DNA of 64,000 nt from Coleofasciculus sp. B1-GNL1-01 (GTDB lineage: Bacteria; Cyanobacteriota; Cyanobacteriia; Cyanobacteriales; Coleofasciculaceae): assembly GCA_040220235.1 (NCBI GenBank), contig JAVJTO010000063.1. One strand, given 5' to 3'. This document shows, in pieces, positions 9,942-20,122 of this stretch. A program made the position numbers and the translations under genes. Every line of letters starts with the position of its first letter. The stretch's first letter is position 1. The notes beneath the pieces are model-generated. The model was not told where the DNA came from. It saw only the letters and a program-made list of their open reading frames with translations, and did no database searches.

Positions 9942-10415
9942 CTAAACCCAGCCAATAACATCCCGAATCTGAGACTTGGCATACTCGCAGTCAATATGCT
10001 GCTGTGCTTTAGATAACGCGGTTTCCGGTCGCTTGTACCAGCGTTGCGATCGAATACAAAGACCATCTCGTCGAGTGGCTTCCCAGGAATAACGGGCGCG
10101 GTCTACTACCAACCACACTTTATAACCCCGATGCTGTTGTTGGGGGAATTTCAAAAGACCAATCTCAGCTAGCACGCTTAAGCGCATCCGGGAACGAGCT
10201 AACCGTTTCATCAACTCTAGAAAGCAAACAGCAGCGCGTTTAGCATCATCATGAGAAGGGTAGCGGTAGCGATCTCTGGGTTCAAACTTAAAATCAGATC
10301 CAATCAGTGAAAACCGGAACTTCCCGGACGCTTCCTCAACGAATGTGACTCGCCAGGAGGTTTTAGGATACCGAACGCAGAAGCCAGAAGGCTGAATTTT
10401 GACCGTCGCTGTCAT
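9942..10415 (-). CDS. Hypothetical protein with two YegP/DUF1508-like repeats
   Basis: Two internal units: GKFRFSLI...RYPSHDDAKRAA and YSWEAT...WYKRPETALSKA. Confidence 0.55.
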   Translation of the reverse strand: MTATVKIQPSGFCVRYPKTSWRVTFVEEASGKFRFSLIGSDFKFEPRDRYRYPSHDDAKRAAVCFLELMKRLARSRMRLSVLAEIGLLKFPQQQHRGYKVWLVVDRARYSWEATRRDGLCIRSQRWYKRPETALSKAQQHIDCEYAKSQIRDVIGWV

Positions 10416-10788
10416 CTGAAGTATGAAATATAAAGGATGAAAGACATCGAGAGAAGGTAGAAATCACCATCAAAATTTTCAGGCGTCTCACTGGATGTCG
10501 GAATCGTTACCACGCCAAAATCCATCATAGCTTTTTCCATGAGGCATCTGCCTCAGCAAATAGTCCCATGTTCTACGAAAAAAGTCGATGCTGATCTACC
10601 TATCTCAGGCTGGGAAATGTTAAGGTGAATGGCAGCTAACTGAAGCCTTTTAAGATCGCCGAAACCATTGATATACCCTAGGGTGGGTTTCGACTTCGCT
10701 CAACCCACCACCATGCCAGTCAGTACCATTCATGTTAAGGTAGCGAAGCTAACCACTTGGAAAATTCATCCCATCGAGGAGTGAGGAA

Positions 10789-11436
10789 ATGTCAGGAGTA
10801 TTTCCACGCCGAGGACACAATAAACACAAGACAACCGTAAAACGGTTTCTCCTGTTCGCTGGACTAAGTTTAATCAGTTTTATCCTCTGGGGAGTCATCA
10901 CCCAACACCGAGTTACCGCCTCAGAGGTTATTCCTACTCAGATAACGACCAACACCAACACCTATTGGCAAGGAGGTTCGTTTCCCGTTGAGAATTTTCA
11001 GGCTTATACCTCTCCCTACGGCTACCGTCGTTCTCCCCGTGGATCAGGTACAGAATTTCATCGCGGCTTAGACATCGCCGCACCCGAAGGCAGTTACATT
11101 CGCAACTGGTGGGCAGGTCAGGTGGTATCCCTGTCCGATAATACCGCCTGTGGCACCTCTATCACCATCCAATCCGGTGAGTGGAAGCATATCTACTGTC
11201 ACCTCAAAGGTCATGTGGAAACAGATAACCAAGGTATGTATTTGAGCGATCGCAGTGGCGGGATTCAAATCTGGAAAGGTCAACAGATACCCACTGGCGC
11301 CCGAATTGGTCGTGTAGGAATGACCGGGCGCACCACGGGTCCTCATTTGCATTGGGGATTAAAGTACGCCGACAACTATATCGACCCCGCCTTAGTTCTC
11401 CGGGAAATGTACCGACGGCAAACAGCATCAAAATAA
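10789..11436 (+). CDS. M23 family metallopeptidase (exported)
   Basis: HRGLDIAA (HxxxD), YCHL and GRTTGPHLHW (HxH) motifs; N-terminal hydrophobic anchor. Confidence 0.93.
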   Translation: MSGVFPRRGHNKHKTTVKRFLLFAGLSLISFILWGVITQHRVTASEVIPTQITTNTNTYWQGGSFPVENFQAYTSPYGYRRSPRGSGTEFHRGLDIAAPEGSYIRNWWAGQVVSLSDNTACGTSITIQSGEWKHIYCHLKGHVETDNQGMYLSDRSGGIQIWKGQQIPTGARIGRVGMTGRTTGPHLHWGLKYADNYIDPALVLREMYRRQTASK

Positions 11437-11916
11437 GGAGCGTTATTGCTGTAGTGGACTTTAACTGTTCGGGCAATTCGCTGATATCTGCCTTCAAAAG
11501 CTGAATTCCCTAATGTAACCCACTCGTAACTATTTCATCTTTAGCTCGCATATAAAGTACAGTAGATCAAAGTCCCCCTTTTTAAGGGGGATTTAGGGGG
11601 ATCGACAATGTACCGCCTAGCAGAGCAAACTGCTGTAAATCTTCGCAAGGAGAGTATATACTCCTCAATTACTGTTTCTTTAAAAGATATTCAAGAGTTT
11701 AATTTTTCGGATTTTTTGCCTTTATACAGGTATGTAGTTTTTTGTGCTTCAAGTTGAAGTGCGAAGTCTGGGTAATACCAGTAGAGACGATTCATGAATC
11801 GCCCCGACGATAGATTCTAGACTGTGTGTAACAGAAATTGCTGTAGGGGCGGGTTTAGCCTATCAATGTAGATACTCACCAATAACCTAGCAACAAAACC
11901 CGCCCTGACCCAAAAT

Positions 11917-13401
11917 TTACCCCTTCAACTTTTTACCTAAAAGCTGATTCGTTAATTTTGGATTTGCCCGTCCATTGGTTTCCTTCATCACCTGTCCGAC
12001 AAAAAAACCTTGCAGCTTGGTTTTACCATTGCGATACTGTTCCAATTTCTTGGGATTCGCAGCAATCACTTCATCAATGATGGCTTCGAGTTGGCTGACA
12101 TCCGAGATTTGAATCAGTCCGCGACTTTCAGCTATTTCCTTGGCTGAACCGCCTTTCGATAGCAGTTCCGGGAGGATTTCTTTAGCGATTTTGCCGCTAA
12201 TCGTATCATCTTCAATCAACTGAATTAGTTCTGCCAACACTAACGGTTTCAGCGCAATTTCTGTAATCGCGAGTTTCTCAGTATTCAGATAAGCAGCAAT
12301 ATCTCCCATTACCCAGTTTGCCACTTGTTTGGGATTGGCATTTGCAGATACGGCAGCTTCAAAGTATTCCGCCACCAGTTTATCTTCAGTTAAGACACGG
12401 GTATCATAAGCCGAAAGCCCGAATTTCTCTTCATAATGATGCCGTTTCTGGGCGGGAAGTTCGGGAAGCTCACTGCGCCATTGTTCTAATTGTTCTTTAG
12501 AAACTTCAATTGGGGGTAAGTCGGGTTCGGGGAAGTAGCGGTAATCGCTAGACCCTTCTTTGACGCGCATACTAATCGTGCGTTGACTTCCTTCTTCCCA
12601 GAGGCGGGTTTCTTGGACAATCGGTTCCCCAGTTTCAATAGCTTCAATTTGTCGTTCGATTTCGTAGTCAATGGCTTTTTGAATGGCGCTAAAGGAGTTC
12701 ATGTTTTTGATCTCAACTTTCACACCAAACTCTTTTTGACCGACAGGACGCACGGAGATATTCACATCACAGCGCAAGGAACCTTCCTGCATATTGCCAT
12801 CGCTGATACCCAGGTAACGCATAATCCGGCGCAATTCTTGGGCATATTCTGCGGCTTCTTTGCCAGAACGCAAGTCGGGTTCTGAGACAATTTCCAGGAG
12901 GGGGACACCTGCACGGTTGAAATCGACGAGGGAGTAGGTGGAACCGGAAAGTCTATCACTTCCCGCATGGACGAGCTTTCCAGCGTCTTCTTCCATGTGC
13001 AGGCGGGTGATGCCGATTTTTTTATCGATGGGGTTTCCATCGTCATCGATGAGTTCGATTTCTAACCAGCCATGTTCGGCGATGGGGAGGTCATATTGAG
13101 AGATTTGATAATTTTTGGGGAGGTCGGGATAAAAGTACTGTTTGCGGTCAAATTTACTATAGGGGGCGATTTGGCAGTTGAGGGCTAATCCGGCTTTGAC
13201 GGCGGATTCCAGGACTTTTTGGTTGAGAACCGGTAGCACGCCGGGGAGTCCCATGCATATCGGGTCAATGTTGGTGTTGGGGGGAGTACCAAATTCTGTG
13301 GAGGAGTAGGAGAATATTTTGGTGGCGGTGTTGAGTTGACAGTGGGTTTCTAGACCGATTATGGCTTCGTACTTCGTTTTTGCAGGTGCTGCGGTGGTCA
13401 T
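11917..13401 (-). CDS. gatB: Asp-tRNA(Asn)/Glu-tRNA(Gln) amidotransferase subunit B
   Basis: [57 protein letters not shown]. Confidence 0.98.
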   Translation of the reverse strand: MTTAAPAKTKYEAIIGLETHCQLNTATKIFSYSSTEFGTPPNTNIDPICMGLPGVLPVLNQKVLESAVKAGLALNCQIAPYSKFDRKQYFYPDLPKNYQISQYDLPIAEHGWLEIELIDDDGNPIDKKIGITRLHMEEDAGKLVHAGSDRLSGSTYSLVDFNRAGVPLLEIVSEPDLRSGKEAAEYAQELRRIMRYLGISDGNMQEGSLRCDVNISVRPVGQKEFGVKVEIKNMNSFSAIQKAIDYEIERQIEAIETGEPIVQETRLWEEGSQRTISMRVKEGSSDYRYFPEPDLPPIEVSKEQLEQWRSELPELPAQKRHHYEEKFGLSAYDTRVLTEDKLVAEYFEAAVSANANPKQVANWVMGDIAAYLNTEKLAITEIALKPLVLAELIQLIEDDTISGKIAKEILPELLSKGGSAKEIAESRGLIQISDVSQLEAIIDEVIAANPKKLEQYRNGKTKLQGFFVGQVMKETNGRANPKLTNQLLGKKLKG

Positions 13402-13748
13402 AGGTGTTTCGTTGCTGTCGTTGTAAGAGTTTTGGTCTATTTTAGCGTGGGGGTTGGTCGTTCGTAGTAGGCACGAAGCGTGCCAATCTCACCAACCGCC
13501 TCGGGTTCAAACCCAAGACTAAAAGCGAAAGTCAGCTTTAGCTGACTGAATAAAAGTTTTAGACCATTGTTAATAAAGTTGACCTAAATCAAGAAGAGTT
13601 TGAACTCCGGGCAGGTTTTCCATTTTGTGTAGTGGACTGACACACCTTATTTGATGAATTAGATTCGGCTTGTAAGTAGGTGGGGACAATTAAAGTTAAC
13701 GGTGGCAGATGGCTTGGGTGGGCATTGCCCACCCGCCTCCTTGTTCAA

Positions 13749-14687
13749 TTACATTGACTCCATAGGTTGCACGGGTTGAAACTGAGAGGTTAACCATTCA
13801 TACCAACTCTCTAGCCCAACGCCTGTTTTTGCCGAAACCTGAAATACCTGCATCTGAGGATTCACGGTTCGTGCATACTCAATACAGCGTTCCACATCAA
13901 AGTCTACATAAGGCAACAGGTCAATTTTCGTCAGAATCATCACTTGGCTAGCACGGAAGATATGAGGATATTTAATCGGCTTATCATCGCCCTCAGTTAC
14001 CGATAAAATCGCCACCTTTGCCTGTTCCCCCAAATCAAATAAAGCGGGACAAACCAGATTTCCCACATTCTCAATCATCACCACAGAATTGAGGGGAGGA
14101 TTCAGTTGAGTACAACCCCGTTCCACCATCGCTGCTTCTAGATGACACCCGGTTCCAGTATTAATTTGGACAACCTTACACCCGGTTGCTTGAATTTTCT
14201 GGGCATCATTCGCCGTCGCTTGATCCCCTTCAATTACATTAATCGGTAATTGTGCCTGTAAATCCTGAATCGTGCGAGTCAATAACGTTGTTTTACCCGC
14301 CCCCGGAGAACTCACGAGATTTAGCGCCAAAATATTACGCCCTCTAAACCATCCCCGATTTTGGGCAGCAATTAGGTTATTTTTTGCCAGGATATTCTCT
14401 TCCAGAGAGATTTTTGTACCGTGAACCTGGGCGTGAACTTGAGAGGCTTGATCATGGTGATTTTCCGACGAGTCGTGAGTGTGAGTGTGGGTGATGACTC
14501 GACCATCGGGTAAGGTGTGAGTATGGGAGTGGCTAGATGAGGAGGAGTGCGCGATCGCAGTCCCATCGGGTAGAGTATGGGTATGACTCTGGTCATGATT
14601 GGAGTTAGCCATGGCAACAACCTCCCCCGTTTCCGGGTTGGTAAAAGTCATGTCAGCGCCATCAGAACAGCCGCAGGTTACACACAT
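13749..14687 (-). CDS. hypB: Hydrogenase nickel-incorporation GTPase HypB
   Basis: N-terminal CVTCGC, His-rich linker, SSPGAGKTT, TGTGCHL, ENVGNLVCPA, KPIKYP, TKIDL. Confidence 0.97.
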   Translation of the reverse strand: MCVTCGCSDGADMTFTNPETGEVVAMANSNHDQSHTHTLPDGTAIAHSSSSSHSHTHTLPDGRVITHTHTHDSSENHHDQASQVHAQVHGTKISLEENILAKNNLIAAQNRGWFRGRNILALNLVSSPGAGKTTLLTRTIQDLQAQLPINVIEGDQATANDAQKIQATGCKVVQINTGTGCHLEAAMVERGCTQLNPPLNSVVMIENVGNLVCPALFDLGEQAKVAILSVTEGDDKPIKYPHIFRASQVMILTKIDLLPYVDFDVERCIEYARTVNPQMQVFQVSAKTGVGLESWYEWLTSQFQPVQPMESM

Positions 14688-15016
14688 GGTTCGACCTCCA
14701 TTTCCTTAATTTTCAGTTCTTGACCCGATATTATATCCAGTTCTACACTACCGCATTCACAGAGACCAAAAGGTTGATCGAGGGGAATTTGGGCATCACA
14801 GTGACGACAGCGACCAATACCCGGAATTTCAATAATATCCAGGGTTGCCCCTTCTAAGGGAGTGTCTTTGCTGCAAACATCAAAACAAAATAGTACCGCA
14901 TCGGGCATTATCGCCGCTAACTGACCAATTTCTAGGCAGACTCGTCGCACTTTTGCCCCTTTAGCGTGTTCGGCAACGATATCAACGATATTTTGTGTGA
15001 TTCCCAGTTCGTGCAA
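14678..15016 (-). CDS. hypA: Hydrogenase maturation nickel metallochaperone HypA
   Basis: MHELGI start, CRHC...CECGS zinc motif; overlaps hypB. Confidence 0.96.
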   Translation of the reverse strand: MHELGITQNIVDIVAEHAKGAKVRRVCLEIGQLAAIMPDAVLFCFDVCSKDTPLEGATLDIIEIPGIGRCRHCDAQIPLDQPFGLCECGSVELDIISGQELKIKEMEVEPCV

Positions 15017-15275
15017 TGGTCTATTCCGTTACATTACAGAGGATATCCGATTTAATTTTATCTCGTTTTTAGGTAAGAGCGTATGTCATTTGTCATACCA
15101 AATCTGGGTTAGCTACCCCCGTTATAAGCCAGTCCGCGCAGGCGGACTTTGTTTGTGTAGCAGCGATTTCAATCGCCTCGTCAAAAGGGGGGTAATAAAG
15201 GCTTTCTACAACCATTTCCTGTTCCCTGTTCCCTGTTTCCTATCCTCACTACAACCCTTATTCAACAAACCCTAT

Positions 15276-16136
15276 TTACAGTGTTTCCGGTTCAAATTGA
15301 GTTAATCCAGGAAATAGTGGCGCTTGCTGTTTATGGTATTTTGCCAAATAATCCCGGAATGATGTTCCCCCAGTTCCGACCTCTACACCCACAAGTTTAA
15401 GTTGTTGTACCGCCAGTGATAGATGGAATTGATGAAAGCGGATTTGTAAATTATCGTAAGTTCGCATATTCTTTAAAATTGGATTGGCATGAGGGTGATT
15501 AAAGAGATAGGAAATCTGTTCCGCTGTCGTGTTTCCAGGACTTCGTTGTAGTAGGGTGTCGTAATAATAGGCGAGATTATGATTATGATAGCGCTCAAAC
15601 CATTGGGCGATATCACTCCCATAGCGGCGGTCAAACTCGGTTTCTGCAATGTGAGGATTGCCCTGGGTGTCTTTAGTTCCTCCTTGCCAATAGTTTCGCA
15701 CCCCGCTCATAATTTCTAAATGGCGAAACTGGAACGACTGAAACCCACTGGTTGGACCAATAGTTGTCCGAAACTCGGCAAATGCCCGCATTGTCTTGAG
15801 AATGGGCATGGTTGTCAATACAACGTCATAAAGGCGCAGAATTCGGGGGAAAAAGTAACAGGCTTCGCTAGTATCTCCGATAATCGGATCAGTATTATCA
15901 GTAATGGCTTGCGCTAATGCCGCTAAAACTCGCTCCATATCCAGAATCATTTGATGGAACGCGAGTTCACAAATTTGATGAACGGCAATAAATAAGTCTT
16001 CGTCTTGGGACGCGGTGAGCGGATGCTTGCAACTGAGTAGCGCCTCTAGATTATGATACGTCCAATAGTGATTTTGAGTAACATCTAAACTGGGATCAAG
16101 GGGAGGTAAGGGTTGAGTATGATCAGATTCAGGCAT
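15276..16136 (-). CDS. Tryptophan 2,3-dioxygenase family protein
   Basis: Y..Y..L..LL, DE.LFI.VHQ..EL.F, F..FR..IGP.SGFQS.QFR.LE, GTGGTS. The likely start is the ATG at 16136; the ORF track extends to 16217. Confidence 0.85.
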   Translation of the reverse strand: MPESDHTQPLPPLDPSLDVTQNHYWTYHNLEALLSCKHPLTASQDEDLFIAVHQICELAFHQMILDMERVLAALAQAITDNTDPIIGDTSEACYFFPRILRLYDVVLTTMPILKTMRAFAEFRTTIGPTSGFQSFQFRHLEIMSGVRNYWQGGTKDTQGNPHIAETEFDRRYGSDIAQWFERYHNHNLAYYYDTLLQRSPGNTTAEQISYLFNHPHANPILKNMRTYDNLQIRFHQFHLSLAVQQLKLVGVEVGTGGTSFRDYLAKYHKQQAPLFPGLTQFEPETL

Positions 16137-16413
16137 AGTCGAGATAGAGTGCGATCGCGCTAGAGCTAGAACACCTGTAAGGACACGGCACTGCCTTGCC
16201 CTTAGGACAATTGTCACTCTGAAAAACAGGCTCTGATAGTACTGATTAAGGTGCGTTACGCTTCGCTAACACACCCTACATATAGAGCTTTTGCGTAAGT
16301 CCTAACAATTAGTCTTTCCAAACAAAATCCTAACATAAATGCCTTTCCAGACAAATAATAAGCTGGGTGTCAAGAAATCAGTCTTTTTTCATTTTCCTAT
16401 CTGCCATTCTCTA

Positions 16414-17466
16414 TCAAGGATTAACCACATACTCAGAGGTTACGGCATCTGCTTTCCCAGCTTCAACTAACGCCTGATAAACCATCGCCGCTACCTCAGC
16501 GCGAGTTGCATCTTGAGTCGGATTTAGAGACTCAGTATTCGGATAATTCACCACAATACCCGCTTCTGTCGCCGCACTGACTTTTTCACGCGCATACTCT
16601 GGAATCTGATTTGAATCCTGATAGGTTTGTAACACCTCCTGAGGAGATTGATTTGCTTCTAACCCCAAGCCACTCGCTAGTGCCACTAAAACTTGTACTT
16701 TAGGAATCGGTTGCTTGGGTTGAAAGGTATTATTAGGATAGCCACGCAAAAAATTGGTTTTGCTGGTTTCCTGAATCGCCGACCATGCCCAAAAGTCTGA
16801 GGATACATCCTTAAAGTTGGGTGTCTCTAAGGTGGGTTGTTGCTCAAAAGCGCTTCTTAGCAACGCCGCAAATTCTGCCCGAGTGATCGAACTATTCGGT
16901 TTAAACGTATTATCTTCTGGAAAGCCGCTCATAATATCTCGCTGCACTAGAGCGGTAATATAAGGACTTGCCCAATAGTCATCTGGAACATCGGCAAACT
17001 TCACGGCTACATCAGGCGTTTCCGTTGGGGTTGGTGTTGGTGTTGCTTCCGGGGTTTCCGTGGGTGTTTCTGCTTCTGTTTCTGTTCTGGAAGCTGAGAC
17101 AATCGGAGCAAGAGGAACGGCTCTCGCTATTTCCGGAAACGCCTCCTCTTCCTCTGGGGATTCGGGTACAGTAGCTTCGGCTGGAGAGGGTGAAGGGGAA
17201 TCTGTTGCCAAAGGAGCGCTGCTGACGCTTTCGCGAGTGGGAATCTCCTCAGCTATCGGAGAAGTCACTTTTGCCTCTTCTGGTGCTTCCGTTGTTGGTT
17301 CAGAGGTGAGTGAGCCAACCCACTGCTTCAGGTTAAATCCCTTTTGCCGTTGACCCAAAACTCCAATCAAAATCCCACCGATAGTGGCAATGGCGATAAT
17401 TATACCAATCCATTCCTCCAAACCTAGTCGAGAGGAATCCGAATCGGGTGGCGGTAGATTTCTCAT
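16414..17466 (-). CDS. S-layer homology (SLH) domain protein with N-terminal TM and Pro/Thr-rich linker
   Basis: Three SLH repeats (FADVPDDYWA...ITRAEFA; FKDVSSDFWA; ATRAEVAAMVYQAL). Confidence 0.92.
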   Translation of the reverse strand: MRNLPPPDSDSSRLGLEEWIGIIIAIATIGGILIGVLGQRQKGFNLKQWVGSLTSEPTTEAPEEAKVTSPIAEEIPTRESVSSAPLATDSPSPSPAEATVPESPEEEEAFPEIARAVPLAPIVSASRTETEAETPTETPEATPTPTPTETPDVAVKFADVPDDYWASPYITALVQRDIMSGFPEDNTFKPNSSITRAEFAALLRSAFEQQPTLETPNFKDVSSDFWAWSAIQETSKTNFLRGYPNNTFQPKQPIPKVQVLVALASGLGLEANQSPQEVLQTYQDSNQIPEYAREKVSAATEAGIVVNYPNTESLNPTQDATRAEVAAMVYQALVEAGKADAVTSEYVVNP

Positions 17467-17561
17467 TATGCACCTGGCTTATTCGCGACAACACTAATCG
17501 GCAAGGGAAATCGGAGAATTTTGGTCAGTTTTTTCAATGTTTGACCCCCCAATCCCCAGTG

Positions 17562-18185
17562 TTAGCCTCCACAATTGACGGTAGAGCGTTGGGATAAACA
17601 TGCCTCTGGCTTTAGTTTACTGCCAAAGTGCTTATCCACTAGCGTCGGTACGTCTTCGGGAGCCACCTTATTGTACCGGGCTTTGTCTGGCATCACTACC
17701 ATGCAGGGACCTTTTTTACACTGCTTCATACAGCCTGTGTCTTTAATCGCTACTTGGTCATCAAGATTGCGATCGCGCAAGGTGTCATTCATGGCTTGAT
17801 GGACTTTTGCCGCACCGCGCTTGCGACAGGATGACTTTTTACACATCATGACGCTGGCTTTGGTTTTCTTGGGAGACGGTTGCAAAAGTTTCTCATATTG
17901 CTGGGATGCTGACGGGGTTTTCAATGTCACCCGCTCGGCTTTGAGTTTCAATTCCCCACGTTTGGGTTTGTACTTCTGTTTGCCACAGACTTCTATCGGA
18001 TCTCCGGGTTTGAGGATTTCAGGTAGAGATTCCCGTAAGGGTTTAGCCAGCTTGATATACCGTTCACCTGCTTCTGTATTGATCCACAGCAGCTTGGGTT
18101 TTTTGCCAGCTTTACCCAGAAATTTGACAAACTGTCCCTCTAGCTTGAAGGGGCTGACTTGTTTCTTTTTATCTGATTTACCCAT
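17562..18185 (-). CDS. Thioredoxin-like [2Fe-2S] ferredoxin domain protein
   Basis: CKKSSC...GCMKQCKKGP.MVVMP. Confidence 0.82.
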   Translation of the reverse strand: MGKSDKKKQVSPFKLEGQFVKFLGKAGKKPKLLWINTEAGERYIKLAKPLRESLPEILKPGDPIEVCGKQKYKPKRGELKLKAERVTLKTPSASQQYEKLLQPSPKKTKASVMMCKKSSCRKRGAAKVHQAMNDTLRDRNLDDQVAIKDTGCMKQCKKGPCMVVMPDKARYNKVAPEDVPTLVDKHFGSKLKPEACLSQRSTVNCGG

Positions 18186-18387
18186 GAAAGTACTCCAATG
18201 TCTCCCCCTAACCGTAGCGCTAATTGATAAAACATGTCATCTATTTTTCGTAAGAGTTCTTCATACGCCGTTACAAATTGGGGGAGCAGAGGGAGCAGAG
18301 GGAGCAGGGGAAGCAGAGGGAGCAGGAGGAGCTTACTATCAATCGCAAAACAAAAGTCCCGAAATCCGCCCCTACAGACTCAACACG

Positions 18388-19956
18388 TCAATTTTCCTGC
18401 TGATCCATGGGATTGTGCATCAGGGTTTCGAGTTGTCTGTCGAGATGGTGTAAGAGTTGGTTCAGGGTTGGTAGGGTTTCCACCGGAGGAAGGGAATAGC
18501 GATAAGAGCGATCGCGGATTTCATTGAGCTTGTGTTGGAGTTGTCCAGCGAGTTTAATCGCATCCTGACCCAATCGTTCCACCTTTTGTTGTTGATAGAA
18601 GTTTAAAGGCGCTCCTCGCAAGAGTTGTAGCGTTGCCTCTTCCCCATGAATACCGGGTACTAGCCGCAAACACAATAGGAGGGATTCTTGCTGGTAAAGT
18701 CGCTCACTTTCGATCTGTTTGGGCTGGGTAATGGGCTGCAACGGCAGGTCAACTAAGCGCTTAAGCTCAATAATGATATCTTCAAAAACAGATACGCTTA
18801 ATTTATCCAAGACAGACTGGGAAGAGCTATCCTGGCGCAAAACAACGCGACCCCGCTCAGATTGTCGCTGAAAATACAGCCGACCAATTCCCCCCTGCAA
18901 CAGACGCCCTAACAACTCTTCTACAATTTGATGGGGGGCTAAGGTTGCCAAAAATGCGATCGGACGAGATAAATAGAGAGGGTTTACATCCAAAGGTAGA
19001 AGAGCCTTAGTCGGGAGTGACCTTTGGAAAACTGGCGTCAGCGCCGTCTGAGCCGATACCGTTTTGCCAGAAGGATGCGGTGGTTGGGCTGGGGAATGAT
19101 TAGACGATTGTGGCATCGGTTGAGGCGTTGCCGCCGATGGCTGGCTATCCTCTGGGTTAGGCACATCAGAGGATTGGTTTAATTCGTCCTGGAGTTGACG
19201 GATATCATCGATAATCAGTGTTGGTTGAGATTCGCTAGCAGGAGAATTATTATTGGTTTTCGCCGCCGCTTCTGATTCCTCAGGCTGCACCGCCTCATTT
19301 TCAGTGTGGCTCACCTCATGGCTGGTTGGAAATTGAGAGGCTGTCGGTGGAGGATTATCAGTTGTCGCTGCATTAGAGGTTGATGGCTGGGGTTCAGTTG
19401 TTTCATCCTCCGTTAAATGGTCAGCATCACTTGGTTGCGGTTGAGACCCTCCTGGGGTAAAGTTGTGTTTCTGTGCCGCCGCTTGAGGAGAAGGGGTTGG
19501 TGGCTCAGGCGGATTCGCCTCATCTTCAGCTAAACTGGCATCATCAATAATTAGCGTTGCTTGTTCCGACCGAGGAATGGACTGTTGGCGCTCAGAGCGT
19601 TGCCTTTTCGGTGCTGTTTCACGATGACCTTGATTTAAATAAGCAGACAACATCGCTGTATGAGTGTTGGCGCTAATCTGTTCGACTTTGAGGGAACAGT
19701 TCATAAACGCCAGAATGCGACGGACATAATCAAGAGCCGTGGAGTCGTGGGTATCCACTATACCCAGCTTAAGGTACTTGCCTTCCAGAGACAGGGGCAA
19801 GAATTGATGAAATAGACAGGCTTCAAAAGGCAGAATACTATCAATCAGCCGAAACATTTGCTCAGTATCCACGCCAGAGAGTTCTGACGCTTGAGAGGAT
19901 GATTTAGACTGAACAGGAGTGTCCGCTCGTTCTGGGTCCTGTGGTGAGGGTAACAT
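18388..19956 (-). CDS. GspE/PilB N-terminal-like protein lacking the ATPase domain
   Basis: LPFEACLFHQFLPLSLEGKYLKLGIVD resembles the T2SSE N-domain. A long low-complexity linker leads to an N2D-like region (IVEELL..LLQGGIGRLYF...LRLVPGIHGEEATLQLL). No Walker A motif. Confidence 0.7.
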   Translation of the reverse strand: MLPSPQDPERADTPVQSKSSSQASELSGVDTEQMFRLIDSILPFEACLFHQFLPLSLEGKYLKLGIVDTHDSTALDYVRRILAFMNCSLKVEQISANTHTAMLSAYLNQGHRETAPKRQRSERQQSIPRSEQATLIIDDASLAEDEANPPEPPTPSPQAAAQKHNFTPGGSQPQPSDADHLTEDETTEPQPSTSNAATTDNPPPTASQFPTSHEVSHTENEAVQPEESEAAAKTNNNSPASESQPTLIIDDIRQLQDELNQSSDVPNPEDSQPSAATPQPMPQSSNHSPAQPPHPSGKTVSAQTALTPVFQRSLPTKALLPLDVNPLYLSRPIAFLATLAPHQIVEELLGRLLQGGIGRLYFQRQSERGRVVLRQDSSSQSVLDKLSVSVFEDIIIELKRLVDLPLQPITQPKQIESERLYQQESLLLCLRLVPGIHGEEATLQLLRGAPLNFYQQQKVERLGQDAIKLAGQLQHKLNEIRDRSYRYSLPPVETLPTLNQLLHHLDRQLETLMHNPMDQQEN

Positions 19957-20122
19957 AATAATTAATTTCTCCAGCCTGAGTATCAATCGGTTCAGATGCC
20001 CCAGGAGTCATAAGATATAGACTTTCCGGTTTGGGATTGGCAAAAAGGTTAGCTGTTAACCCTACTTCAATTTTTAACAACTTTGGTTAGGGAAGACACG
20101 GAATTGGCAAACGATCAATGTT

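Noticed and set aside
10420..10780. Possible cobalamin riboswitch upstream of the cbiD run
   Set aside because: No recognisable B12-box or conserved core by eye. A covariance-model (Rfam/Infernal) scan would be needed to exclude it fully.
17821..18527. + strand ORFs 17821-18453 and 18234-18527
   Set aside because: They overlap real minus-strand genes, and their GAEGAE/RGSRGS content comes from a 9-bp tandem repeat.
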